Origin: the human T2T-CHM13v2.0 reference genome, Homo sapiens
Reading direction: 5' to 3' (one strand)
DNA: 64,000 nt
Assembly (NCBI RefSeq): GCF_009914755.1
Contig: NC_060940.1
Part shown: piece after piece, positions 39,714 to 51,706 of the stretch
Numbering within the stretch: the first letter of the stretch is position 1
Layout: each line of letters opens with the position of its first letter
The notes under the pieces: model-generated
Told to the model about the DNA's origin: nothing
Databases searched by the model: none
The model's input: the letters and a program-made list of their open reading frames with translations, nothing else
Program-made: the position numbers and the translations under genes

Positions 39714-42031
39714 TACAAACTCTTTTTCACATGGATCCTTTAAGTAATCATTTTACCACAAGAATTCTTTTTACCACTAGATGGTCATTTACCAAATACA
39801 CCTGGGGCCACAGCGCCTGGAGTTTCTGGACAGCTTGAAAGGTGGTGGAGAGCTGCCAGCTTCCAAGGGGGTTGCAGCAGGGAGGCCCTGCAGGAAAACC
39901 CCACACTGAAGGAATTCAGCCTCCTTACCGCCCCCACCCTGACCCCGTTCCTGTCCCCCATTACCACCATCCCTGTTTTTTGGCATCAGGCTCTAAGAAT
40001 CAACACTCTGAAAGCAACTCTGGGTATTATTAAAAATGACTAATTGGAGAATAGAGACCATTTATGCTTTTGTATATTTGAAGATCTTACCACTGTTTAC
40101 AGAAACAAGAAAAATGGGGATTGTGTGGCAAGAGGCAGCCTGGGAAGGGAGGGCCAGGCTGCAGCCTGCGTGTTCGGCCCCTGCTGGGCAGAGTATGGCC
40201 CAGCTCAACAAGAATGCAAGCCTGGGGGAGCCTCTCCATTTGCCTTTTTACTTTACCTCACCTCCAACTTGAGCATTGACAGGAGAGAGCCTGTTACGAG
40301 TCCAAAGTGGCCAGGGCCTATTAAGGCCTCCCCGAGAAAATTTCCCCTTTCAGCCGTCCCTCCTGTGGGAACAGCACAGAACGCCAGAGCATGAAGTGAA
40401 AAATGCTGCCGTTGTGTGGTGAGGGACGGGTCCTGCCATTTTTCCTCTCCCAGGCAAGGCCACTTGGCCATTTGAACAATTTGTCAAAACCGCACAAGAA
40501 TTACGGGGGTGGGTGGGGGTCAAGAGAGGAGAAAAAGGGAGGAAACGCCTAGAGCCAGTATTGCAACAAGTTCCATTTATCTGTGTTCTTAGCAAAAGCA
40601 CCTGGGTTGCCCCCTGCAGAAATCCAGAAAGGATAAAAGTAAATGTGCGGTGACAAAGCACAACGGAACGAAATATGTCGCGGACTCGCCTGGTGGCTAT
40701 TCACAGGAAGATTTTTTTTTTTTTTAATAACTGAAAGGTGTGAGTTCCAGTTTGTAAAATACAAACCCAACCCTGAAACGCTCTCGGAATACACGCTAAG
40801 TAAGAAAGCTAGCTATGTCCCAGAACTCTGAAGTAAACGGAATTCAGCAGGGATTAGTTCCCTTGGATTTCTACAGAGCCATGATTGTTGCTGTTACTTT
40901 CACACATGAAATGTAAAAAAGGCAAATTCCCCGAGCATGTCTGTAGCAGAGCGTGATGTGATTGTGTTGTCATTTATGGGAAATAATCGCAGGCCCATCT
41001 CTCCCTTCCCCCCCCCATTTTCCAGTCCAAATAACCATGAAAAATTACACTTCAATGTCAGCGCGACGACAAAGGAGGCGCGCTCTCTGGGAGCTCAGCG
41101 GATTTGCAGGGGTTTTTCCTTTCTTTGGACAAAAACTACCTTCAATTGTACTTCATTTAAAACGTGATCTAACAAATGCATTTTGACAAGTTCCTTTCTC
41201 TTTTTCTCCTTTCTTTCAAACAGTATTTTACACAGTTTAACCTCACACCAAACTGGAATGTTCTAGAAAGAAGGGGCATGCAAAATAGAAGGTCCTTGAT
41301 ACCAAGAAGGGTGTCCCCCATCTCGTTAAAAACAAAGGAGTCAAGAAAAATGATTCCAACCCAGTATGCTACTGAGAAAGAGAGGAGGATGAGAGAGAGG
41401 AAACAGTAATGTCTTAAAGACAGAAAATTTGATAAAGCCCCACCCCCCCCAAAAAAAAGCTGGAGTTGATAGAAGAAGGTCTCGATGGAGTATTTATTTG
41501 CTCATCAGAATTAACCATTTTGTGGATTCAGAGGCATCATCTAGGGTGTCTAGATTTATGGTCAGAATTGGGGGTTCATGACAATGTGGGGGGGATGAAG
41601 AAGGGGAGCTTCCCTGATGGGGTACCCGTTCCCTCCTGTCCCCTTCCTCTGTAGGAAGGGACATTTTTCAACAGAGCAGACCTGCCTGAAAGCTTTTTAA
41701 CATTCCAGGTGTGAGGCTGAGCAGTCCCTACAAGCATCTGTCTTTCAATAACAACCTGCCGGAAATAAACACTGCCAGGTTTCCATGCTGGGAGGGGAGA
41801 AGACAAGACAGATAAACACACATGAGTGATAGAGAGTAAATTAAAAAATTTAACAGTTTCCATTAAAGAAGACTGGTATCTCCTTCTGAATCAAAACTGA
41901 CTTGGCTTGTCAGAGAGAGATCTTATGCTTAATGCAAAAAAAAAAAATCCGTTTCCTTATTTATTTATTTTTAATTGGAAAATACTGGAAATATATGGAT
42001 GAAAAAAAGTCAAGGAGGGCCTGTAAGTGTA

Positions 42032-42400
42032 CTTAAGCATCTATATACAAATGAAGGTGTATGGGAAATGAACAGGATGTACCAGAACTGATATTAAATG
42101 ATGGTGATTAGAACCTAATGGGCATAAGTGAAACCTTGTGGGATGGCTCTCGTAACAGGAGCGTCAACGGTGATGGATGCAATCTATACAAGAACGACAG
42201 CCAGGGAAGGAGAGATGGAGGGGCGGCCATGCAGGCCCAAGGCATTTGCAATGCTGGGGAGACACAGTTTGACAATACCAATGGGAATGACGGACTATTT
42301 GGGGCAAAGAGAAGCAAAAAAGCAAAGAGAAAAAGAAAGAGGTAAACATTTTGTGTCTGACCATCGAAACAAATGGCACACAACAGAGAAAAATAAAACC
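42032..42400 (+). mobile_element. CR1/L3 LINE ORF2 N-terminal (AP endonuclease) relic
   Basis: Translates LKHLYTNEG/MGNEQDVPELILNDGD*NLMGISETLWDGSRNRSVNGDGCNLYKNDSQGRRDGGAAM, matching CR1 motifs LYTNARSMGNKQ, IGITETWWD and DRxGRRGGGVA. Contains one frameshift and one stop. Confidence 0.8.
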
Positions 42401-44011
42401 ATGACTCCAGAGGTCTGAGTCACATGAGGATACAAATGAGGGACTTGGATTCCCTGTTTGCCACCTTACTCTGAAGCCCACAGCGTCTGAAGAATCTCTA
42501 ACCTATTCAGAAAACAGCTTCACCCTTGCGAAGCACAGAACTCAGGCAGAAATATGAGTTTACTCCCACCAGTGGACAGCAGAATGAGGAACTGACTGTC
42601 AATGAGCTTTGTTTTGCATGATCATAAGCCACTAATATGCACAGCTGGTAAAATAAGCTGATTCATAAAAACAAAGCACAAACAAAAGGCTTACACTTTC
42701 CAAACCAAATCTGGGGAACAGAAATCAGGCCAGCTTGAGGCAATGCTGCACCCAGAAAAACACCAGCTAAATCTGCTCTCCCTTGGCCAGACCCAAGCAT
42801 ATACAAAGGTCACTACGTATTTACAGGTTGCACATTCAAGAATGCAATGCTAGAAACGTGTGAACACCCGGAGTGGCCAAGAAAAGACCCTTACAACTGC
42901 AAGCATCGTGGGGAGCCTTCAGGTGCCTACCACGAGTTCCCTGGTGCCAGCGGAGAAGAGCCTAACTCTGCCAGAAGCCAGACCCAAGACATTTCAAGGT
43001 GCGTCTACACGTGGAAAGTCAAAAACTGGGCTACTCTCCAAAAACCATCCAGTCCCCAAGCATGCATCAGTTTGAAACAAACAGGCAACAGAAGCAACAT
43101 GTTTCAGTTGACATTTCCTGGGAAACTGCAAAGAAAGTGAAGCAGGAAGCTGAGGTACAGAGAAAATCCAAAGGTTTACGTTCAAGAGCTTTCCTCCATT
43201 AATGGGGGAAAAAGCAGATGGAATTGCTAACTTGTCATTTTTAATAGGCACCTTGTACAGCTATTCTGTGTCCAAGGGGAGAAAGAATATTGGATCCTCC
43301 TCCTCTTTAGAAACTTAGAAAGTGATGCCAGTAGTTGGATCCAAAGCCTCTGTTTTTTTAAAGTTTGGATCCTGTACAATGAAACGGTCTTTTGCTAGGG
43401 TTTAACAAAATGCCACCCCCACATCCCTTTCACAATGATTTTAGCTACAGCAGCGCTCCTCAAATCTCCCACAGCTACTAAACTGCCCTGTAGACTCAGC
43501 CTCAGGACTCGCTGTGTATCTATTTAGCTTTTCCTCCTGTGAGGTGTTTCTCAGACCTAAGAACAGGCTAGCAACCCTTGAAAAGCAATACATTCCATTC
43601 CACAAATGTATACAGCAATATCTCTCAAGGCCCAAAAACACACAGTGATAGTCATCAAGACAAACACTTGAACAAAAGTAATTTAAATTCTAGACTCACA
43701 CCCCATCCTGTTTAGTGGTGGGAATATTCGAAAACAACAAATACATGAAACCTAAGAGAAAGAAAATGTTGCCATGAGATGACAAAGTCATCAGGGATCG
43801 GGCAGAAGGTGCAGTTTAGTGACAAAGAGTTGGTACTTGACACAGAAATAAGGGATCTATAGAAATTTGTAGCACACAATTACATTTTAAAGAAATAATC
43901 TGGGATGCTGAGATCCTTCCGTGTACACACTGCAGTTGGCGGAAGCACTAGAAACCCGCTGACAGAAAAATCCTTACTTCAGACGTCCCCAAACTTTCAT
44001 AAGTGAGCAAC

Positions 44012-44194
44012 TTGTTTTTTTGTTTTTTTTTTCTTTTTTCTTTTTTTGAGACAAGGTCTTGCCCTGTTGCCCAGGCTGGAGTGCAGTGGCACCATCTCAG
44101 CTCACTGCAGCCTTAGCCTCCTCGGCTCAGGCAATCTTCCCGCCTCAGCCTCCCAAAGTGTTGGGATTAGAAGTGTGAGCCACCATGCCCAGCC
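44012..44194 (-). mobile_element. Monomeric Alu: left-arm 5' half fused to right-arm 3' half
   Basis: Sense reads GGCTGGGCATGGTGGCTCAC...CACTTTGGGAGG then GGCTGCAGTGAGC...CACTCCAGCCTGGG; AGCAAC TSD on both sides. Confidence 0.85.
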
Positions 44195-44219
44195 AGCAAC
44201 ATTTCACAAAGTGAAATAC

Positions 44220-44890
44220 AGAAACTGGACAGTGAGAGAATAAGGAAAGGAAACTCGAAACAAATGAAAGGTTATGCTTCACTTTGTAAGGCCAAGATTT
44301 TAGCAAAGAAGGGTAAAACAAGCCAGAGGTGTGAAGATGAACTAATCAAAGGGCAGTGCAACACTGAAGATAAGACCGTCCCATGATTAGAAAGAATAAA
44401 GTAAGTGATTCTTCACTTACCAAGCAAAATCTTCAAATAGGAGGAGGTCGGAGGAAGGAGATTTAGATGGCAACCAATGAAAACTTTCAAAAAACAAACC
44501 CAGGTAAGGTTATATCTTAAAATTAAATATATATTATGGTAGGAAAAAAAACGGATCAATTTCTGTTAAGAAGAGCTAGCCTATGAGTTGACTCAACTAC
44601 TAAAGAACTTTGCTGAAAGGTTAAAAAGAATAGGAAATGTTCCAGGAGAATGGAAATTAAGACAGAAAACAGCCTTGAAGACAGGTAACTTGAAGAATGG
44701 AGATATATAAGCAAGAAAAGATAAAAGGGACATTGGATTAAAAATCTACCTGTGTAAAATTTAGCTGGATACAATTAGGATGGCAAAAGCAGAAATTTCT
44801 TAGGTGTTTTAGAAAATATAAAAAGGATAACTAGGCAGAATAGTCCAAACACAAAGAGAGCATAAACATGAGGACAGCAGATCTGGGAAG
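44220..44890 (+). mobile_element. Possible continuation of the CR1/L3 ORF2 relic
   Basis: A-rich, with short translated patches (RKGN, ELIKGQ, DTIRMAKAE, KDN) resembling the CR1 linker between endonuclease and RT. Confidence 0.4.
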
Positions 44891-45040
44891 GAGGAATGAA
44901 GGCTGTTCGCAAAAGCCTGGTCACCGGCAGGTTCTACCTGTGTTTTGAGGTATTTGGGGGAGCTGACCACAAGTACCTCAATTTTACAGACTAGGAGACC
45001 AGGGATTGGAGCAGGATAGGGCTCCAAAGCCACACAGTGG

Positions 45041-45402
<362 letters not shown>

Positions 45403-47639
45403 TCAGCTGTGTAGGGAAGAAGTGCTCGGGGTGACGCTTACACAGTCAAACAAGACAGAAGCCATGGGCAGTGTGGGCGGTGCAGCCTCACACCCTGCTC
45501 CCTGGGTGCTGGCTCTGCGGGAATCTTCCCTCCATCAAGGTGGTGATGTTGAGGCAGGTGGATTCTAATAATGGTACCATAGTTGTTCAAAGCAATGCCT
45601 AATTTTTCTTTACAGTTTAAGACAAATGGCATGGCAAGGATAAAAAATGAACTCACCAAAACCAAAGCAAACCCCACGATACACAAAACAAAACCAGCCA
45701 ATCCTGTTTCCAGGCACCTGGTACCCTGTTAACTTCCTGCCCAGTGGCAACATGAAGCCCCAAATAAAAGCATCACATTTAAAGAAAGGACAAGACACAG
45801 CTCTCTCTCCCCCTCTCCTACATCCGCACACACTCACCCACTCACTCACATACTCCTCCCCTCCATGCTCTTTTCTGGAAAGGGGGGAATCCCAGAAGTA
45901 CTGCTCCCAAATGGCTTGGGGCAGAGCTCATCATCGATATTCTGGATCAGGGTGAGGTCCAAGGCACTGCTGACAGGGTTGCTGTCACAGCCCCGAATCC
46001 CAGCCACAGAGAACTAGCAAAAGCCAAGTAATTGCTTTTTCCCCTTCCACTAATAAGCTTTTCAGCAGAGGAAGAATTCAGCTTCCTGTAGTCAACAGAC
46101 CCTTTTTTCCCTGCCTCTCCTCGCTCCAAATAATCTAAAGTGACTGCAATTTCAGTCCTGGCTCTCCAGCATTCAGCTCCAATGGCTGAGGTCAGAGGGT
46201 GTCAAGTGAGGGCTCTCCATTTCTTTTCTACTCTGCCTTCACACCGCCCATGTTTCTTTGTAACTGAGGCAACCTGCCTCCCTCGCCCAACCATCACATG
46301 CACCCCCAGCACACAGCACACAGACCTCACATTCCAGGAAATGTATTTTAAGGCCCAAAACACACTGGGGCTCAGGAGTGGTGGTGGGGGGGTGGGTGTC
46401 CCTTTGCTGTAAACAACTAATAATGACTGACCTCAGATGCTCTGGTGACCAGAGCAGCTGATATCCCCGTTCTTAGAAAATGCACCGCAGCAGGACATTG
46501 GCTTAGAGGTCGTTAAACCATGTGGCTGGTTGTGCGGTTTTTGGTTTAGTTTTATGCAAATGACTCTGGTTCCTAAATTCTTAAGATCTTGCTATGCATT
46601 TGTGGCATTGGTATCTTCAGGCCTGGCTCTGTGTCGAATGAGAGGCAAGTAGACTGCCCCGAAAACCCTGCCCCGCCCCCTCCCCTTCCTCATTTCCGAG
46701 ATGAATGAAATGCTATTTCAATTAAGTCCTGTAGTAACAGTGCTCCCCTTCCCTGCCTTCATAGAGAGCTAAGCCGAGAGCACAGACAGAACTGAAGGTG
46801 AACAAACAAAGGGAAATGGAATGAATGAGAGAATGAACAGGTGCATGAGGGGAACGAGGGAGGCCCCGGCAGGTTCCTGCTCCTCCGTGTGGCGGAAAAG
46901 AGGGCAAGGTGCGGACACCAGAGGCTTGCTTCTGGAAAAGCAGCTCCAAGCGGGGGAAACAGAGGCAGCACTGCGGAGATGAGGCACACTTCTTCCTCCC
47001 CCTGCGCCCAGTGCTTGTGAAGGTCTGGAAGGGAAGGAAAGAAGGGGAGATGCACCTGAGAAAACACTGGAACCCCCTCCCCCTGCCACCACACACACGC
47101 CTAGAGGACGCACACTCCTGGCTGCAGCCCGGCCTGTGATGGGAATTTATTTCCCTCAATTATGTGCTCTTGTCCCCAGTCTCAGTTCATCAGCACAGTG
47201 CAGCCAAGTCAATGAAAGGCTCCATAATGAAGTCATCGCATGCACAGGGACATCCCGGCACCTGCCCGCTGGGCTGGCAGGGCTGCAGCCACGCCCGGCC
47301 CTGAACCAGGCCTGCATGGGCTCTCCGCCCCCAACTCACATCACTGCCCCACGCCACGTGCTCCCACGCTCTGTGTCACGGCACCCCCGTCCTGCCCCAG
47401 GAGCCTGTGTTCTGGCTGCCATCTTCTTTGCCCCAATCCCAAATGTTCTGACCGCAAAGCATCTGTGACCCAGACCAATCAGTACAAAACACTGACGACT
47501 TTCCCTTTCTCCTGCCTGTGTAGACCCCTTCACCACCAAGAGCCTGATCACAAAAACCAATACCACGCGCCTGGAAAGCCTCCATTGGCTTAAGTCATTA
47601 GCAAGTATCTAACAATAGCAACACAATCATCACTCAGCT

Positions 47640-47730
47640 GAAGTAGATAGTATTAGGACTCTCATTTCACAGATGAGGCTCAGAGAGGTTAAATTACTGG
47701 TGAAGGTCACATAGCTAGGAGGTGACAGCT
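47640..47730 (-). mobile_element. MIR fragment
   Basis: CATTTCACAGATGAGGCTCAGAGAGGTTAAATTACT...AAGGTCACATAGCTAG. Confidence 0.75.
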
Positions 47731-47819
47731 GATGCCAAGGACCATATGCTTAATGGCTACCTCTAGAGGCACCAACCATGGTGGCCTTCACAGGAGAACA
47801 CACACTTGTGCTTGTGCTG

Positions 47820-48310
47820 TCTGTCCATCCATCCGCCCACCCATCACATATCCATGTGGCACCTACCCCAGGCATTGACAACACGGCTGTGAACACAACA
47901 GGAAAGCCCCTGCTCTCATGGGGCAGGGGCAGGAAGGAGTGGGGAGAGTAAAACACAGTAAGCAGCTCAGTAAGTGAGCATATTCTAAGTCAGAGGCTGC
48001 TAAGGGTCAACGATAAAGTAGAAAAAGGAATCCAGGGAGTTCCTTAACATGGGAAGCTCAGAGAGGGTGGCATTTGCACACAGACCTGGAAGAAGTGAGA
48101 GTGTGAGCCACAGGAGGCTCACATGGCAGAGGCATGGCACGTGCAAAGACCCAGGGCACAGAAGGAGGGCTGGCCTGCTGGAAGAGCGCTGAGCGCTAAG
48201 CAGGGAGAGAAGGGACAAGGCAGGGGATAAGCTCAGAGAGGTCTTGGGCAGCATCCTGTAGGCCTTGCTACCCACTGCAGGGCCACGGGCACTGTGAGCA
48301 TGAAAGGTAC
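47820..48310 (-). mobile_element. L2 3' fragment
   Basis: GCCCCTGCTCTCATGG, GGCACGTGCAAAGACCCAG and GCATCCTGTAGGCCTTG are typical reverse-strand L2 motifs. Confidence 0.65.
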
Positions 48311-48841
48311 CTTTGAGAAAGTCAGAACAAGGTGCTCCTCCAGCACCTCTTCCTCTGGGCACATATGGTCCTGAGACCCACCACTCCCTCTGCTGGGTAA
48401 GGTAGTGTCTGGGATGGACTGCAGTCTTTATGCATCCCCCTTAGCAGAGAACTGTTTGTGTGGGGGACAACCTGCACGGCTTTAGCTGGTGGCCCCGGCA
48501 GGGATTTCCAGTAGAAAAACTCCTGTCTTTCCCTAAACATGCATGTGCAATATATCAGTGCAGATACGGATGTGGCTGCAGATACAGATAAAATCTCTTT
48601 GAACCTTTCCATTTACTGGGGGCTGGCAGGGGTGGGGGTAGAGCTGGCCTCACGGTGAAGAAACACAAAGAGGGGAAGCGGACCAGTGGCTATCCTTTGC
48701 CATGGGCGGTGCTGCAGCACTTGGACAGTCTGGACGCCCATAAACCAAAGGACCCATCTGACCATCGTGCTCTGAAGCCTCTCCCTGAGAAGAGGACAGG
48801 GCAGCACCAAGACTGGGGTGAAGGACTCAAGGCTCAGAATG

Positions 48842-48891
48842 GCAAATGCAGAAATTAGTTACTGCGGTGCAAATGCAGAAATTAGTTACTG
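48842..48891. repeat. Near-tandem perfect 23-bp duplication
   Basis: GCAAATGCAGAAATTAGTTACTG at 48842 and 48869, separated by CGGT. Confidence 0.95.
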
Positions 48892-51672
48892 ACTGTTCTG
48901 CATGTCCCTTCTATGGAAATGCATTGTCCCTGCACCTAAATGTATTTCAGTGGACTTTGTAAATTTAAAAGCCATAGAAAACTATGTGACCTCGGCAGGG
49001 CTATTTTAAGCTAGCACTTCCTAGTACAAAATGAATTTGGTATTGAGGATGAAGGGGGGACTTTATTTTTCTCAAATTGGCTGTTGTAGAAGAAAGTCTG
49101 CTCAACTCAGCACTACCTAAGACGTGTCTCCCCCTAGTGACACGCAGACCTCTCTGCTACTGGTGCCACCACCCTGCAGTCTCAGGGCTGGAGCAAGGCA
49201 GCTAGGTGCAGGCAGGCAGCATTAGTTCTGCAGGCTGCATCTGGCCCTGAACCTAGGACCAGCCATCTCTTGGTACCCTGGGAGCTCCAAGAAACTCAGT
49301 GGTCAGGCCCCGGAGTGTTCCAGGTTTTGCTGCAATGTTAAGAAGTGAGCCCGGAGCACCCCCAGGGCAGCTGATCCACACACAGCTTCCGCAGCCAAGG
49401 GAAAAGAGGGGATGGATGGAGGCCAGGATAAAGAAGGGGAGGGGTGGCAGGTAAAGGGAATCTCCCCAGAGGAGTGAATTCCTTTCCAGGCTTGCTGGGG
49501 ACCCAACAGGGACACCCCAAAAGGCAAGGCCTAAAGCCAGAGCAAAAACAAGCAGACGCAAAGCAGGGGAGAGTAAGCGATGGGCGAAGACATAAAAGCC
49601 CAAAGATGAGAGCTGAATGGAACAGGAAGCAAACCAGGGCCAAACCCATCACGGCTTAAAGCAAACGTTAATGTAGGTTCCACATTGATCTGAAGCCCGA
49701 GGGGGAGGAGGCTGGGTGCAGCCAGGCTCCTCCCCTCCTCCATCTCATTCCATTCACATCATCAGGAGAACTGTGTTTTGGGGAAGGGGTCAGGACAATG
49801 ATTGGAGCCTGAACTTAGCTGCTGCCTTTTACAGTAGCTTCCCAGAATAAACTGCCCCAAGACTTCATCCATCACCAAAAAAGGCAACTGTAAAAACACA
49901 GGTCGCCAGCCCCTTGCCTCACACCAGCACAGTGGCCCTCCCTCCGCTCCTGGGGATGGGGGTGCTGAGGGGGAATGGAGGGCAGGCGCTCAGGCCTGGC
50001 ACTAATTGCTCTTGGGGATGCTGTGTGGTGTGGGGGCTGTTCCCTGCGCTAAGCAGTTAGGAACTTCCTAAATCATTAACCTTTCTCGGAGCGCATTGTA
50101 CTGGGAGGTGCTCCCTCTGCAGCCTATTCACGAGCCCTATTGATCTGCCGCACACTCGGTGCCTTCAAAGTTGTTTATGATCAATATGCAAATTGCCCAT
50201 GGCATTGATCTAGTATTAATTTTCAATTAGGGAATCCACAAGGGGTCTCTGAGGGTCAATACCTAACAATGCAAAGGAAACTCCGCTGTGGAGTATCAGG
50301 CCTGATGCTGATAAAAGCTTCCTAAGCCTCCTCCTCAACAGTTCCAGGCCCTCTGGGCTGTCACCTTCACTGTGGCTCATTTGGTTCCCTCCTAAGTCAG
50401 ACCCCTTCGGCGGCCTCCCAGGCTGGGTCTGCGGCCATCACCCTGTGCCCCCCCTCCCACCCCCTATGCCACTGGAACACCTCCTGGCCTGCCAGTGCCT
50501 GCCCCTCTTGCCCGCCCTCCTGATCAGATGCCCCCAGACATGCCTCCTCATCTCCCCATGCCACGCCCAGACCCAGGACCACTCTCTCCCCCAGCTCCCC
50601 AACCACACATACCTTCTTCCTCCCTCTTTCCCTTTCCCTCGTTTCTGCTTAGTCACGGAACGTCACCTTGGCATGCTGCCACGGCTGGAGCTGGCGAGCT
50701 GCACGGTCCCCAGAAATCTCAGGCAGGCAGGCAGAGCCGCCGGGCTGCCAGGTTATGCTTGGCAAACAACCCACTGATGTCATTTCAAAAAACCAGGGGG
50801 GAAGGAAAAAGGCACAGCTTCAAATCATCTGTTTCTCCTTCTTTCTTTCGTCTAGCAAAATTTTTCTTCCTAATGAAGCCCGGGGGTGGGGGATGTTAAT
50901 TACTTTACCACTCACTCATGGTTCCCAGAAGAGGCCAACGCCCGCCCTCCAGGAGCACAGGGCAGTGCGTGTGAGCCACTGACGGAGAGTGTCCCTGGGG
51001 ACAGTGTGCCCAGCTGGGACTGGAATGACCCGGGAACTCAGTCATTCCATTTACGCCCCTAACAGCCCCTGAGAGACTTGCGTGGGAAAGCTCTGCAGCC
51101 AGAGGAGCTGCAAGAGAAAAACGTGGCTTGGTCTCCTCCCAGCAGGTAGGGGGACAAAAGCAGGGCTCAGCCATACTCCAGCCTGGGGCCCAGCCGGCTC
51201 AGCCTGACTTCTCTCTCTGCCAGGAGGTTGAAATGTGCTTACGTTTGGAATAAACCTGCCTGAAGATGAGGCCACGATCCTGCCAAGATGGTGCCCACGA
51301 TCCTGCCTAAGTCCCAACCCATGCCCTGCCCACTTTCCACACTGCCACTCATGGCACTAACCAGTGCATTAGCTAGCCAGGCTAATAGGTTTATGGATAA
51401 CATTAATTACCACGTTCCTCATTAATGGATGAAATCTTTATTGGTGCCATTGATCAGCGGACTTGTTAGCTGGCCTCCTAACCAATGGCGGATGTAACAA
51501 GCGTTCTTATTGGCATATCAATTAATGCAATCAATTCCTGGCCAACGGCTGCCATTCACTTCCCTGGTTGTTCGAGAGTAGGAGACAGAGCCCTGTCAAG
51601 AGTGCCTTTACTTAGAGCTCCAGCTCTCAGCTGACTTCCAGGTGGGCTCTCTGCCACTTGGAGTTCACCTAC

Positions 51673-51673
<1 letters not shown>

Positions 51674-51704
<31 letters not shown>
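51674..51704 (+). repeat. Isolated A31 homopolymer
   Basis: 31 consecutive A with no adjacent Alu or L1 body. Confidence 0.95.

Positions 51705-51706
<2 letters not shown>

Noticed and set aside
42118-42345. 75-aa ORF with a basic NLS-like tail as a novel microprotein
   Set aside because: Better explained as a decayed CR1 endonuclease fragment, with an upstream in-frame stop and a frameshift.
46722-47593. Cluster of overlapping 110-145 aa ORFs (also near 49253-51317 and 60310-60795)
   Set aside because: Expected by chance in GC-rich DNA. They occur on both strands with no homology or splice support.
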